Source: an uncultured bacterium
GTDB taxonomy: Bacteria; Bacillota_I; Bacilli_A; RF39; UBA660
Assembly: GCA_947169285.1 (NCBI GenBank)
Contig: CAMVPB010000001.1
Span: 4,273 to 68,272 of the forward strand
Direction of reading: 5' to 3'
DNA: 64,000 bases
The notes under the pieces are model-generated. The model was not told the origin of the DNA, made no database searches, and worked only from the letters and a program-made list of their open reading frames with translations. Of this stretch, positions 55,669-64,000 are shown piece by piece (within the stretch, counting starts at the first letter, position 1; each line of letters starts with the position of its first letter). Made by a program: the position numbers and the translations under genes.

Positions 55669-57060
55669 TTATAACTTCCTTATTCTTCTTTTAATATCTC
55701 TAGCAGCTACTAAACCAGTTGCAGCAGCAGTTACTATATTTCCTGCTTTACCCGCCCCATCTCCTATAAAATAAATATTATGGTCATCAAGTTTCATATT
55801 ATTGTCTGTTGTTATTTCATTACTGAAGAATTTAATCTCTGGTCCATAAAGAAGAGTTTCTCCATTATTAACACCAGGTATTATTTTATCTAATGTTTCT
55901 AAACCTTCTAAAATATTTATTATTATTCTATGTGGTAATACTAACGCCAAATCTCCTGCCACTACATCTTTTAAAGTGGGCTCTATAAATCCTTTATTAA
56001 TTCTATCCATAGTAGAACGTCTACCCATACTCAAATCTCTAAGACTTTGAACAATTGGTTTACCATTACCTAATGTATTAGCTGTTTTTGCAATTGATTC
56101 TCCATATTCTCTAGTATTAGTTGATGGTTCTGTCAAATTAACCTTTGAAATAAATGCAAAGTTTGAATTATTTGATTTAGTATCCTTTAATGCATGCCCA
56201 TTAACACATATATAATTATCATATTTTTCTTTTGTTACAAATCCTTCTGGGTTAGTACAAAATGTTCTTATTTGATCATTATAAGTATTTGTTTTAATAA
56301 ATATTGTTGGATCATATATAATACCACATATTTCTTTTAATATTTCTTTTCTAACCTCTACTCTAACACCTATTTCAATACTTTGAGATACATATGGGAT
56401 ATTATACTTATCAGCAAGTTCCTGTACCCATTTAGCACCAGTTCTACCAGATGCAACAACAACATATTTTGAATTTATAACATTTTCTTTTCCAAAAGAT
56501 TTATAAGTTATTTTATATTCATCTTTACCATCTATATCAACAACATCAGCATTTTCAAGGGTTTCTACACCTTTTTCTTTTAAATAATTAGTAAATGCAT
56601 CAATATAACTAGGTAATTTGTCACTACCCAAATGTTTTTGCTTAATTATAAGTAAATTTGCTCCAACTTTAGCAATACGTTCTTGTATTTCTCTTGCCTC
56701 TTCTATATTGGTTGGATATACATCACTATCCATACCAAATTTATTAAATATTTCTTCTGTATCATCAATTAATCTATTAGCTTCAGGTATAGACATATAT
56801 TTAAATAAATCTGATTTTCCAAGTTTTGGAATAAAATTTAATTTGCCATCAGAAAATGTTCCAGCCCCACCAAAGCCAGACATTGTTGCACAAGGATTAC
56901 AGTTCACACATATTCCACTATTTTTCATAGGACATATTCTATGATTAGCATATTTACCTTTATCTAATAATAATATTTTTAAATTTGGATTATTCTCAAT
57001 TAATTCATAAGCAGAAAATAAACCAGCAGGCCCTGCGCCTACTATAACAACATCATACAT
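55669..57060 (-). CDS. FAD-dependent oxidoreductase (uncharacterised FAD-dependent dehydrogenase type)
   Basis: YDVVIVGAGPAGL dinucleotide-binding motif and a C-terminal IGDGAGKAGNIVTAA motif. The start is set after the GAGGT RBS. Confidence 0.75.
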   Translation of the reverse strand: MYDVVIVGAGPAGLFSAYELIENNPNLKILLLDKGKYANHRICPMKNSGICVNCNPCATMSGFGGAGTFSDGKLNFIPKLGKSDLFKYMSIPEANRLIDDTEEIFNKFGMDSDVYPTNIEEAREIQERIAKVGANLLIIKQKHLGSDKLPSYIDAFTNYLKEKGVETLENADVVDIDGKDEYKITYKSFGKENVINSKYVVVASGRTGAKWVQELADKYNIPYVSQSIEIGVRVEVRKEILKEICGIIYDPTIFIKTNTYNDQIRTFCTNPEGFVTKEKYDNYICVNGHALKDTKSNNSNFAFISKVNLTEPSTNTREYGESIAKTANTLGNGKPIVQSLRDLSMGRRSTMDRINKGFIEPTLKDVVAGDLALVLPHRIIINILEGLETLDKIIPGVNNGETLLYGPEIKFFSNEITTDNNMKLDDHNIYFIGDGAGKAGNIVTAAATGLVAARDIKRRIRKL

Positions 57061-57156
57061 AAAAATTACCTCACATAAAAATTTTAACATTTATATAAAT
57101 AAAAATTCAATATTTTTATTATAAAATATATATGATATAATTAATAAAAGACATAT

Positions 57157-57186
57157 AAAAAGAACAATTTGATATTGTTCTTTTTT
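57157..57186 (-). terminator. terminator after the thioredoxin-like lipoprotein gene
   Basis: AGAACAAT-loop-ATTGTTCT extended by complementary A and T runs. Confidence 0.5.
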
Positions 57187-57187
57187 A

Positions 57188-57883
57188 TTAACATTTATTA
57201 TCTATTTTACATGAATCATTTTCTTTAAAGAAACCATTAAAAATATTTTCTTCATCTTTTAGCATTTCTTGAGTTAACTCTTCTCTTGAATCACTTTGTT
57301 TATCAGATATACCTTCAACCAAATCTTTTGCTTCACCTTTTTCTACATAAATAAAATTAGGAGCATATATTCTTTTTTCATTAGTTGAAGCATTATTTCC
57401 TTTTGAATCTTTTAAACTATAATTAGAAAGTACACTATCAAAATAAGCAAGTAATTTTCTATATTCAGAAGTACCTTCAATAGTTAATTCTAGTGACCCA
57501 TCTTCTTTTAAAGTATATTTATCTCTCAATATTTCATTTCCTTCGTTATCCCAAATGTCCATATAATAAATCTTAGATATTCCTTTGTTATTAGCAACTT
57601 CAATAGATTTTTCAATCACACTTCTACACCAAGGACATAAAGTTGATCCAAAATAAACATAGAATGTTTCTTTATTTTCTATTTTTTCTACTAAATTCTT
57701 AGGAGTTATATAAACATATGGATTTTTTTCATTTATATTAACAGTTCTATGAATTTTACCCATCTTATTTTCTTTGCCATTCATTGATTCATAGTCTTCT
57801 TTAAATTTTAATCCATCATTTTTACAACCAGTTAAAATAAAAATCAAAACAAATAGTAACCCTATTAAAAATCTTTTTTTCAT
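57188..57883 (-). CDS. thioredoxin-fold lipoprotein (CPWC active site)
   Basis: Lipobox ILTGC and a CxxC motif (STLCPWCRS). Confidence 0.7.
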   Translation of the reverse strand: MKKRFLIGLLFVLIFILTGCKNDGLKFKEDYESMNGKENKMGKIHRTVNINEKNPYVYITPKNLVEKIENKETFYVYFGSTLCPWCRSVIEKSIEVANNKGISKIYYMDIWDNEGNEILRDKYTLKEDGSLELTIEGTSEYRKLLAYFDSVLSNYSLKDSKGNNASTNEKRIYAPNFIYVEKGEAKDLVEGISDKQSDSREELTQEMLKDEENIFNGFFKENDSCKIDNKC

Positions 57884-57892
57884 AAATCCTCC

Positions 57893-58129
57893 TTATTTTT
57901 TAACAGAAATTCCTAATCTTTCATCTATTTCTTTTGTCATATTTTTAAAGTCATCTTCTACAACACTTACATCTGTTTCCATGCTTAATGCTAGATTTTC
58001 ATATTCTTTCTTTTGCCAATACTTTTTTAAAAATTTTAAAGCATATTCACTTCCCATGCCACAGTCATTTATAAGAAAATTCATTGCTTCTACTTCATTT
58101 CCCATTAATATTTCATCATATTTATACAT
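57893..58129 (-). CDS. hypothetical small protein
   Basis: 78-aa ORF 9 nt upstream of the lipoprotein gene. Confidence 0.4.
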   Translation of the reverse strand: MYKYDEILMGNEVEAMNFLINDCGMGSEYALKFLKKYWQKKEYENLALSMETDVSVVEDDFKNMTKEIDERLGISVKK

Positions 58130-58209
58130 AACATCACCAATATAATTTTACAATAAAATTGACTAAAAAACTATAATAAATTATAATTAATACATAATTA
58201 GAGGTAAAA

Positions 58210-60006
58210 ATGAAAAAAATTCTATTAATAATAGTTTTATTCTTCACATTTTTGATTAATATTAATGCACTAACTGAATCAGTAATAGATATTACTGAAA
58301 TGGATATATTTGAATTACAAGAGGCCGTTGATAATGACTTGATAAATTACGAAACACTAACAAAAATTTATTTAGATAGAATCAATGAATATGACAAAAA
58401 CTATAAAGCAATAATAAATATTAATGAAAACGCTATAGATGAAGCTAAAAAGTGTGACGAAATATATAAAAAAGATGGACGAAAATCAATACTTTTTGGA
58501 ATTCCAATTATAGTAAAAGATAATATAGATGTATATGGTCTTCCTACAACTGCTGGAGCTAAAAGTTTAAAAGATAACTATCCAAATAATAATGCGACAC
58601 TTATTCAAAACTTGATTGATAAAGGCGCTATTATAATTGGTAAAGCTAATATGAGTGAATTTGCTTTTATGGCAAGTTCTTCTGTAAGTTCTTATGGAAC
58701 TGTTAAAAATGCTTACAATACTAACTACTCAAGCTATGGTTCTTCTGGAGGATCAGCTGTATCGGTTGCTACATCATTTGCAGCTTTAGGTATTGGAACA
58801 GATACAAATATGTCAGTAAGAGGACCTTCATCCGCAAATAACTTATATGGAATGAGACCAACTTTTAATAGCATTTCCTCACAAGGCATAATTGCTTATG
58901 ACATTACTAGAGATACTGTAGGACCGATTACTAAAACCGCTAAAGAAAACGCTGTAATGCTTGCCGCTATGAAAGGTGAAGATGAGAAAAAATATATAAA
59001 TACTAATTCAACACTTAAAGGTAAAAAAATTGGCGTATTAAAGCAATTCATAAATGGCACTGCAACAGGTCTTGATAATTCCGATTCAGAAGTTAAAGAA
59101 CTATTTTATAAAACAGTAGATTTATTAAAAGAAAATGGTGTGGAAATAATAGAAATTGATAATTTTTATAATAGCACTTATAATAGTATTTCAAATAATA
59201 CAGTCGCTGGTTGGACTATGTGTTATGCATTTAATAACTATATAAAGAACACAACAGGAACAATAAGAAGTTTCAATAAACTTGCTGCCTCTTCAGGACA
59301 TATTTACAGCCTTTGGGGATATACTACTGATTGCTCTAGAACAGTAAGTTCGAATATTATTTCTAAATATGATGACAAAAAAATAAGTTATAAAAATGCA
59401 TTTGAAAAGCTTTTTAATAATAATGAATTAGATGCAATAATGTATCCAACGCTTAATAACAAATTACTTAAAGTTGGAACATCAGGATTAAAATCAAATG
59501 CAATGCATATTTCACCAGTCTTAGGCGTACCTGATATAACAATACCTATGGGTGAAATAAATGGCCTTTACTATGGATTTGATCTAATAGGACTTAAGAA
59601 TAGTGAAAAAACTCTATATGATATTGCTATATCTTATAATGAAATAAATAACACTTATGTTCTACCTAGTATAGCCCCTAATCTTTATGAAATTAAAGAA
59701 GAAGTTAAAGATTTAAAAGAACTATATTTAAAAAATAAAAATAAAAATTATGAAAAAGTAAAAAGTAAAGAATTAAGTGAGGAATATAAAACAATAATTA
59801 ATGATATTAAAGAATATTTTAAAAACTATAATGAAATAGAAAATAAAGAAGAGAAAGCTAAAGAATTGACTAAGGATTACAATGAAATAATAATTAAAAT
59901 TAATAACTATAAACCATTTTCAATTAAAACTTATTTACCTTTTATATTAGGATTTCCTGTACTTATATTATTAATTATCCCTAAAAAGAAACACAAAAGA
60001 GCTTAA
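58210..60006 (+). CDS. exported amidase-signature (AS) family enzyme with a C-terminal TM anchor
   Basis: Signal peptide (KKILLIIVLFFTFLININA), the AS motifs KDNIDV..TTAG and GSSGGSAVSVA, then a K/E-rich stalk and a terminal TM helix (LPFILGFPVLILLII). Confidence 0.75.
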   Translation: MKKILLIIVLFFTFLININALTESVIDITEMDIFELQEAVDNDLINYETLTKIYLDRINEYDKNYKAIININENAIDEAKKCDEIYKKDGRKSILFGIPIIVKDNIDVYGLPTTAGAKSLKDNYPNNNATLIQNLIDKGAIIIGKANMSEFAFMASSSVSSYGTVKNAYNTNYSSYGSSGGSAVSVATSFAALGIGTDTNMSVRGPSSANNLYGMRPTFNSISSQGIIAYDITRDTVGPITKTAKENAVMLAAMKGEDEKKYINTNSTLKGKKIGVLKQFINGTATGLDNSDSEVKELFYKTVDLLKENGVEIIEIDNFYNSTYNSISNNTVAGWTMCYAFNNYIKNTTGTIRSFNKLAASSGHIYSLWGYTTDCSRTVSSNIISKYDDKKISYKNAFEKLFNNNELDAIMYPTLNNKLLKVGTSGLKSNAMHISPVLGVPDITIPMGEINGLYYGFDLIGLKNSEKTLYDIAISYNEINNTYVLPSIAPNLYEIKEEVKDLKELYLKNKNKNYEKVKSKELSEEYKTIINDIKEYFKNYNEIENKEEKAKELTKDYNEIIIKINNYKPFSIKTYLPFILGFPVLILLIIPKKKHKRA

Positions 60007-60064
60007 AGCTCTTTTTAATTATAATTAATTTGACAAATTCAATGATAAATGATATATTTTATAT

Positions 60065-60718
60065 ATGGATACAAATAATGAAAACACTTATTTTGTAAGT
60101 GTTAAGAAAAAATTAAAAAAAAATAGTAGACTTTTTTCAAACAGAGAAAAAATCTTTTATCTTTTAAATAGAAATAAAGGATATATAACAACCAAAGAAA
60201 TCTCTCACAATAAAATTGCAAGAGACTATCTTAGATGGTTAGTGGATTATGGTGAAATAAAAAATGTTGAAAGAGGCATTTATGTTGGTAGAAAGACAAA
60301 AGAAGACATATATTATACATATGCTCTTAGATTTCCAAAAATCATATACTCTCATTTAACTTCTCTATATCTTCAAGAATTTATCACAAAAGAACCAGAA
60401 AAAATTCAAATGACATGTGTAAATAATGTATATGCTGATGGTTTTTCTAAATTTGATATGTTCTATATAAAAAAAGAATGGTATAACATAGGACTTAAAG
60501 AAATAGAAGATAAGAATGGTTATACTATAAAAGTTTATGACATAGAAAGAAGCATTATTGATATCATTAGATCATATAAAAGATTTGATGCTAAATATGT
60601 TAAAAGAATAGTTAATAAATACTTAAGTAGTGAATCTAAAAATATAGACCTTCTTCTTACATATGCTCAACAATTAAATATTTATAATGATATAGTTAAA
60701 TTTATGAATTTAAAATAA
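60065..60718 (+). CDS. AbiEi-like (type IV TA antitoxin-family) winged-helix protein
   Basis: The N-terminal pattern GYITTKEISHNKIARDYLRWLVDYGEIKNVERGIYV is typical of AbiEi N-domains. Confidence 0.5.
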   Translation: MDTNNENTYFVSVKKKLKKNSRLFSNREKIFYLLNRNKGYITTKEISHNKIARDYLRWLVDYGEIKNVERGIYVGRKTKEDIYYTYALRFPKIIYSHLTSLYLQEFITKEPEKIQMTCVNNVYADGFSKFDMFYIKKEWYNIGLKEIEDKNGYTIKVYDIERSIIDIIRSYKRFDAKYVKRIVNKYLSSESKNIDLLLTYAQQLNIYNDIVKFMNLK

Positions 60719-60733
60719 GGAACATTTAGCTCC

Positions 60734-63700
60734 TTATTTTATTTCTTTTAAATTCTCATCAATAATTGAATATAAATATGTATTTACCTTTTTAGAACTT
60801 ATACTTTCTATATAACTTTTATAGCCCAATAATTGATTATTATAAGCATCATCTTCAATGTTTTTTAGTTTGTAATCAATTATATCAATATGGTCATTAT
60901 ACTCTAACATTAAGTCTATAATTCCATTATATAGAGTATCATCTTTTTGATAATTAAATTCATACTCTTTATAAATTTTAGCATCTTTAATATTTTCAAG
61001 TAATTTATTATTTATAAAATTATTTATTTTATTTCTTATAAACTCATCTTCTATTAAATTAGGATTATAATTTTTAAAATCAACATATTCTAATATTTCA
61101 TGAACTTTATTACCAAAATTCATCTTATCCTGTATATCTCTATTTACAAACTTAGATGTTTCTTTTGAAAAATGTTTATTATCAATTTCATTATTAACAA
61201 TACTTATTTCTTCAACAAAAATATCATCTTCTAAAGATTCAATATTAGATAAATTATTTTTATTATTTAAATATTCCTTTGTTAATTTTAAATCTTTTAA
61301 ATCTATTTTTCTAAAAAATTCATTATTATAATCTTTTACATCATAAATAAAACTTGATAATTTTCTAATATCTAATCTACTTATTTTATTAATAACACCA
61401 TTTTCATCTTTATATAATTTTCTAGTATCATCATGGGGTATAACTATTATTATCTTTTCTCTAGCTCTTGTTAAAGCTACATAGAATAGTCTTAATCTTT
61501 CACTTACCTCTTCCTTTAAATAATAGTTTTTATAAAGTTCTTTTAAAAGTGAAGATTCATTATTATCATCAGGTATCATTATTCCATATTTACTATCAAC
61601 TACTATTTTACTATTTAAATCACTTAAATTAAATTTATGATCAAGGGAAGCATAATAGCAAATAGGATATTCTAATCCTTTAGAAGCGTGTATAGTAAGT
61701 ATCTTAACAGAGTCATTATTATCAACTTCATTTGTATATTTAATTTCAATTTTAGAATTTAATAAGTTTTCTAATTCCTTGTTAAACTCATATACATCAT
61801 AACCCAAAGACGAATACATTAATGAAAGCTCATATATTTTATTTATTCTAGCGTTAAATTCTTTATATCCTCCTACTTTATTAATTTTATTATATATATC
61901 AGTTATATCTAAAACTTTTTTAAATATATCGTTGCAAGTAGTTGTATTGGTTATTTTTATATTAGATAAATCTTTATATAAAGTAGTATCTTTAAACATA
62001 CCCTGAGTCATTATTTCAAATAAATATTCATCATCATATTCATATAAGAAACTTCTTCCTATACTCATAAAATCAAATTTAAATTCATAGCCATAATCAT
62101 TATTATTTATTCTAACTACTATATCTATTAAATTTTTAATAAGAGAAATATCTGTATTATTAGTAATGTTTTCATCTCTTAATATTGAAAGTGGAACACT
62201 TAAATATTCAAATATTTTTTTATAAGTTGAAAAAGATGTGCTTGTATCTAGAATTATAGAAAAATCACTATATTTGCATTCTCTCATAGAATCTATTTCT
62301 TTATCATATATTTTATAACCACTATATACTTTTTCTTTTATGTCTTTAGCAATTGCAAATATTTCTATTTCATTATTATCAAACTTTTTGGTTTCATCTC
62401 TATCATATTCTAATATCTCAGTATTATAGTCTGTTTTATATTTATTAGCATCATAAGACTTATTTCCATATTTCATTGCATGAGTTTTCTTATAATCAGC
62501 ACCACCTATTTCATCATCCATAATAAGTGAAAATATTTTATTAATACCATCTATTACTTCACTTCTAGATCTAAAATTTTCCAATAAGTCTATTTTAATA
62601 CCATTATTATTTTTAGAATACATATCATATTTATTTTTAAATATACTCGGATTAGACCCTCTAAACCTATATATAGACTGTTTAATATCTCCTACCATAT
62701 AAACATTATTATTAGATATTAAACTAATAAAACTTTCTTGAACATCATTGGTATCTTGATATTCATCTATCATTATTTCTTTGAAAGAGTTTTTTACTTC
62801 TTCTCTAACATTTTCATTTTCTTTTAATATCTTCATTGAAAGCATCGCAACATCATTAAAAGTATAAATGTTATTAGATTTTTTATAACTACTTAATTCT
62901 TTCAAATATTTTTTTACTATATAAAGAATAGTATTAATATCTTTTTTAGATGATAATATATTTGATTTAATATTTTCAAAAGATCCAAATCTGTTATAAC
63001 TAATTAATTCATTAACTAACTTTTTAAAACTATCATTAAGTTCTTTTTCTTCATCTGATGCTCCTGTTAATCTAGGAAAACTAACACTTTTTATTAAATA
63101 TAAATCCTCTATTTTAGAATTTAACAAATTAAATAAACTTTCATTTAGTTTATTAATATAATTATTATCAGGATAATAACTTAAATTTTCTAGCTCTTTA
63201 ATTATATTATTTCTTTTTTCAGTTAAAAACTCTTTATATTCATTTAATATATTATTTATATTCTTGTTATCAAAGAATTCTTTTTCTATATAATTTATAT
63301 ATTCTTCTTTATTAAACATCGAGTCTATCGAAGAAGATATTTCCATTATATTTTTTCTTAAATTTCTATCACTTTTAACGCAATACTTACTTATTAAATC
63401 TTCAAAATCTTTATTATCATCTAAATATAATTTATCAAACATTTCATTAAATATTCTTAACTTTTCTAATTCAAGTAAAGATTCATCAGTTATATCAATA
63501 GATTTAGGTATATTTAATAAATAATGGTATTTTTTTAAGATAGATAATGCATATGAATCAAATGTAGTTATATAAGAAGAATTAAGAAGATTAAGTTCAC
63601 TTTTATAACCAGTTAAGTTCTTTCTTATTCTTGTTTTCATTTCAGATGCGGCTGCTTTTGTGAAAGTTAATATTAATAATTCATTAATGTGAGTTCCATT

Positions 63701-63826
63701 TTTAATTTTTTCTATAACCCTTTCAGTCAAAACAGCAGTTTTACCAGAACCTGCCCCTGCACTAACTATTATATTAGTTCCACTTTTATTTATAGCATCC
63801 TTCTGAGCTTGAGTCCAATTAGGCAT
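60734..63826 (-). CDS. addA: AddA-type helicase-nuclease subunit A
   Basis: SAGAGSGKT, IDEYQDTN, VGDIKQSIYRFRG, HASKGLEYP and YVALTRARE, plus the C-terminal nuclease motif GIIDLM..IIDYK. ATG at 63826 follows AGGAGG; an alternative GTG lies at 63835. It follows addB. Confidence 0.85.
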   Translation of the reverse strand: MPNWTQAQKDAINKSGTNIIVSAGAGSGKTAVLTERVIEKIKNGTHINELLILTFTKAAASEMKTRIRKNLTGYKSELNLLNSSYITTFDSYALSILKKYHYLLNIPKSIDITDESLLELEKLRIFNEMFDKLYLDDNKDFEDLISKYCVKSDRNLRKNIMEISSSIDSMFNKEEYINYIEKEFFDNKNINNILNEYKEFLTEKRNNIIKELENLSYYPDNNYINKLNESLFNLLNSKIEDLYLIKSVSFPRLTGASDEEKELNDSFKKLVNELISYNRFGSFENIKSNILSSKKDINTILYIVKKYLKELSSYKKSNNIYTFNDVAMLSMKILKENENVREEVKNSFKEIMIDEYQDTNDVQESFISLISNNNVYMVGDIKQSIYRFRGSNPSIFKNKYDMYSKNNNGIKIDLLENFRSRSEVIDGINKIFSLIMDDEIGGADYKKTHAMKYGNKSYDANKYKTDYNTEILEYDRDETKKFDNNEIEIFAIAKDIKEKVYSGYKIYDKEIDSMRECKYSDFSIILDTSTSFSTYKKIFEYLSVPLSILRDENITNNTDISLIKNLIDIVVRINNNDYGYEFKFDFMSIGRSFLYEYDDEYLFEIMTQGMFKDTTLYKDLSNIKITNTTTCNDIFKKVLDITDIYNKINKVGGYKEFNARINKIYELSLMYSSLGYDVYEFNKELENLLNSKIEIKYTNEVDNNDSVKILTIHASKGLEYPICYYASLDHKFNLSDLNSKIVVDSKYGIMIPDDNNESSLLKELYKNYYLKEEVSERLRLFYVALTRAREKIIIVIPHDDTRKLYKDENGVINKISRLDIRKLSSFIYDVKDYNNEFFRKIDLKDLKLTKEYLNNKNNLSNIESLEDDIFVEEISIVNNEIDNKHFSKETSKFVNRDIQDKMNFGNKVHEILEYVDFKNYNPNLIEDEFIRNKINNFINNKLLENIKDAKIYKEYEFNYQKDDTLYNGIIDLMLEYNDHIDIIDYKLKNIEDDAYNNQLLGYKSYIESISSKKVNTYLYSIIDENLKEIK

Positions 63827-64000
63827 TCTCTTCACCTCCTAATACAACTTTGTCTTCATTTTTCATAAAGCAAATGCTTCTATACTTACAATATTTGCAT
63901 CCAACTAACTCTTTATTTATCTCTTTTGGATTTATATCAAATTTAGCATTTATAATATTATTAGAAGCTGAATTTACATTATTATTAACAGTATTATATA
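63819..64000 (-). CDS. addB: AddB helicase-nuclease subunit B, 3' end only (runs off the window)
   Basis: The minus-strand frame ends ..GCKYCKYRSICFMKNEDKVVLGGEENA*, giving the C-x2-C-x5-C Fe-S cluster motif typical of the AddB C-terminus. Its stop overlaps the addA start. Confidence 0.7.
   Translation of the reverse strand, partial: YNTVNNNVNSASNNIINAKFDINPKEINKELVGCKYCKYRSICFMKNEDKVVLGGEENA

Noticed and set aside
3772-56944. Short antisense ORFs in the six-frame track, lying inside longer genes on the opposite strand: 3772-4008, 5475-5690, 8114-8296, 11272-11466, 12324-12566, 15533-15769, 17020-17370, 18999-19382, 20865-21095, 24915-25121, 32705-33037, 33446-33655, 38611-38841, 40040-40303, 40823-41185, 41278-41559, 43340-43567, 46101-46376, 49706-49972, 53452-53649, 54316-54579, 54924-55223, 55275-55604, 56618-56944.
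   Set aside because: Each is embedded in, or largely overlaps, a longer ORF with recognisable motifs. They lack RBS context and translate to low-complexity F/L/I/S-rich strings, as expected for shadow frames in AT-rich DNA.

Overview
Very AT-rich chromosomal segment (by eye, not computed) from an endospore-forming, low-GC Firmicute; cotJ-like, cwlJ-like, SpoVB/MurJ-like and LysM genes support this. Coding density is high and mostly on the minus strand. I saw no transposase, integrase, CRISPR array or rRNA. Housekeeping genes recognised by motif: pcrA, addA with the addB 3' end, metG, typA, tsaE/tsaB/rimI-tsaD, sufC plus a sufB/D-like gene, rubrerythrin, and four solitary tRNAs (Gly-GCC, Cys-GCA, Asn-GTT, Trp-CCA). 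Most notable is a nine-gene minus-strand block at 17993-26608. It holds three paralogous TasA/camelysin-like proteins with SipW-type signal peptides, a SipW-type signal peptidase and two orphan ORFs. It also holds a transmembrane-tethered McrB-like AAA+ NTPase, a McrC-N-terminal-like partner with no visible nuclease motif, and a membrane-anchored protein with acidic Ca-binding-type repeats. That last protein has a C-terminal domain sharing the motifs of the three fibre-like paralogs, which ties the block together as a candidate undescribed envelope or defence system. A second notable locus is an ATP-grasp::MurT fusion next to a GatD-like protein lacking the catalytic Cys and His. Further observations: a Cys-rich tandem-repeat surface protein beside a membrane thioredoxin, a frameshifted Bro-N/DinD-like gene, a promoter-terminator leader before an ORF6N gene, rimI::tsaD and cotJA::cotJB fusions, a stand-alone Clp-D1-like AAA+ protein, an exported amidase-signature enzyme and an orphan AbiEi-like gene. 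All functional calls rest on motifs read from the translations, not on database searches.
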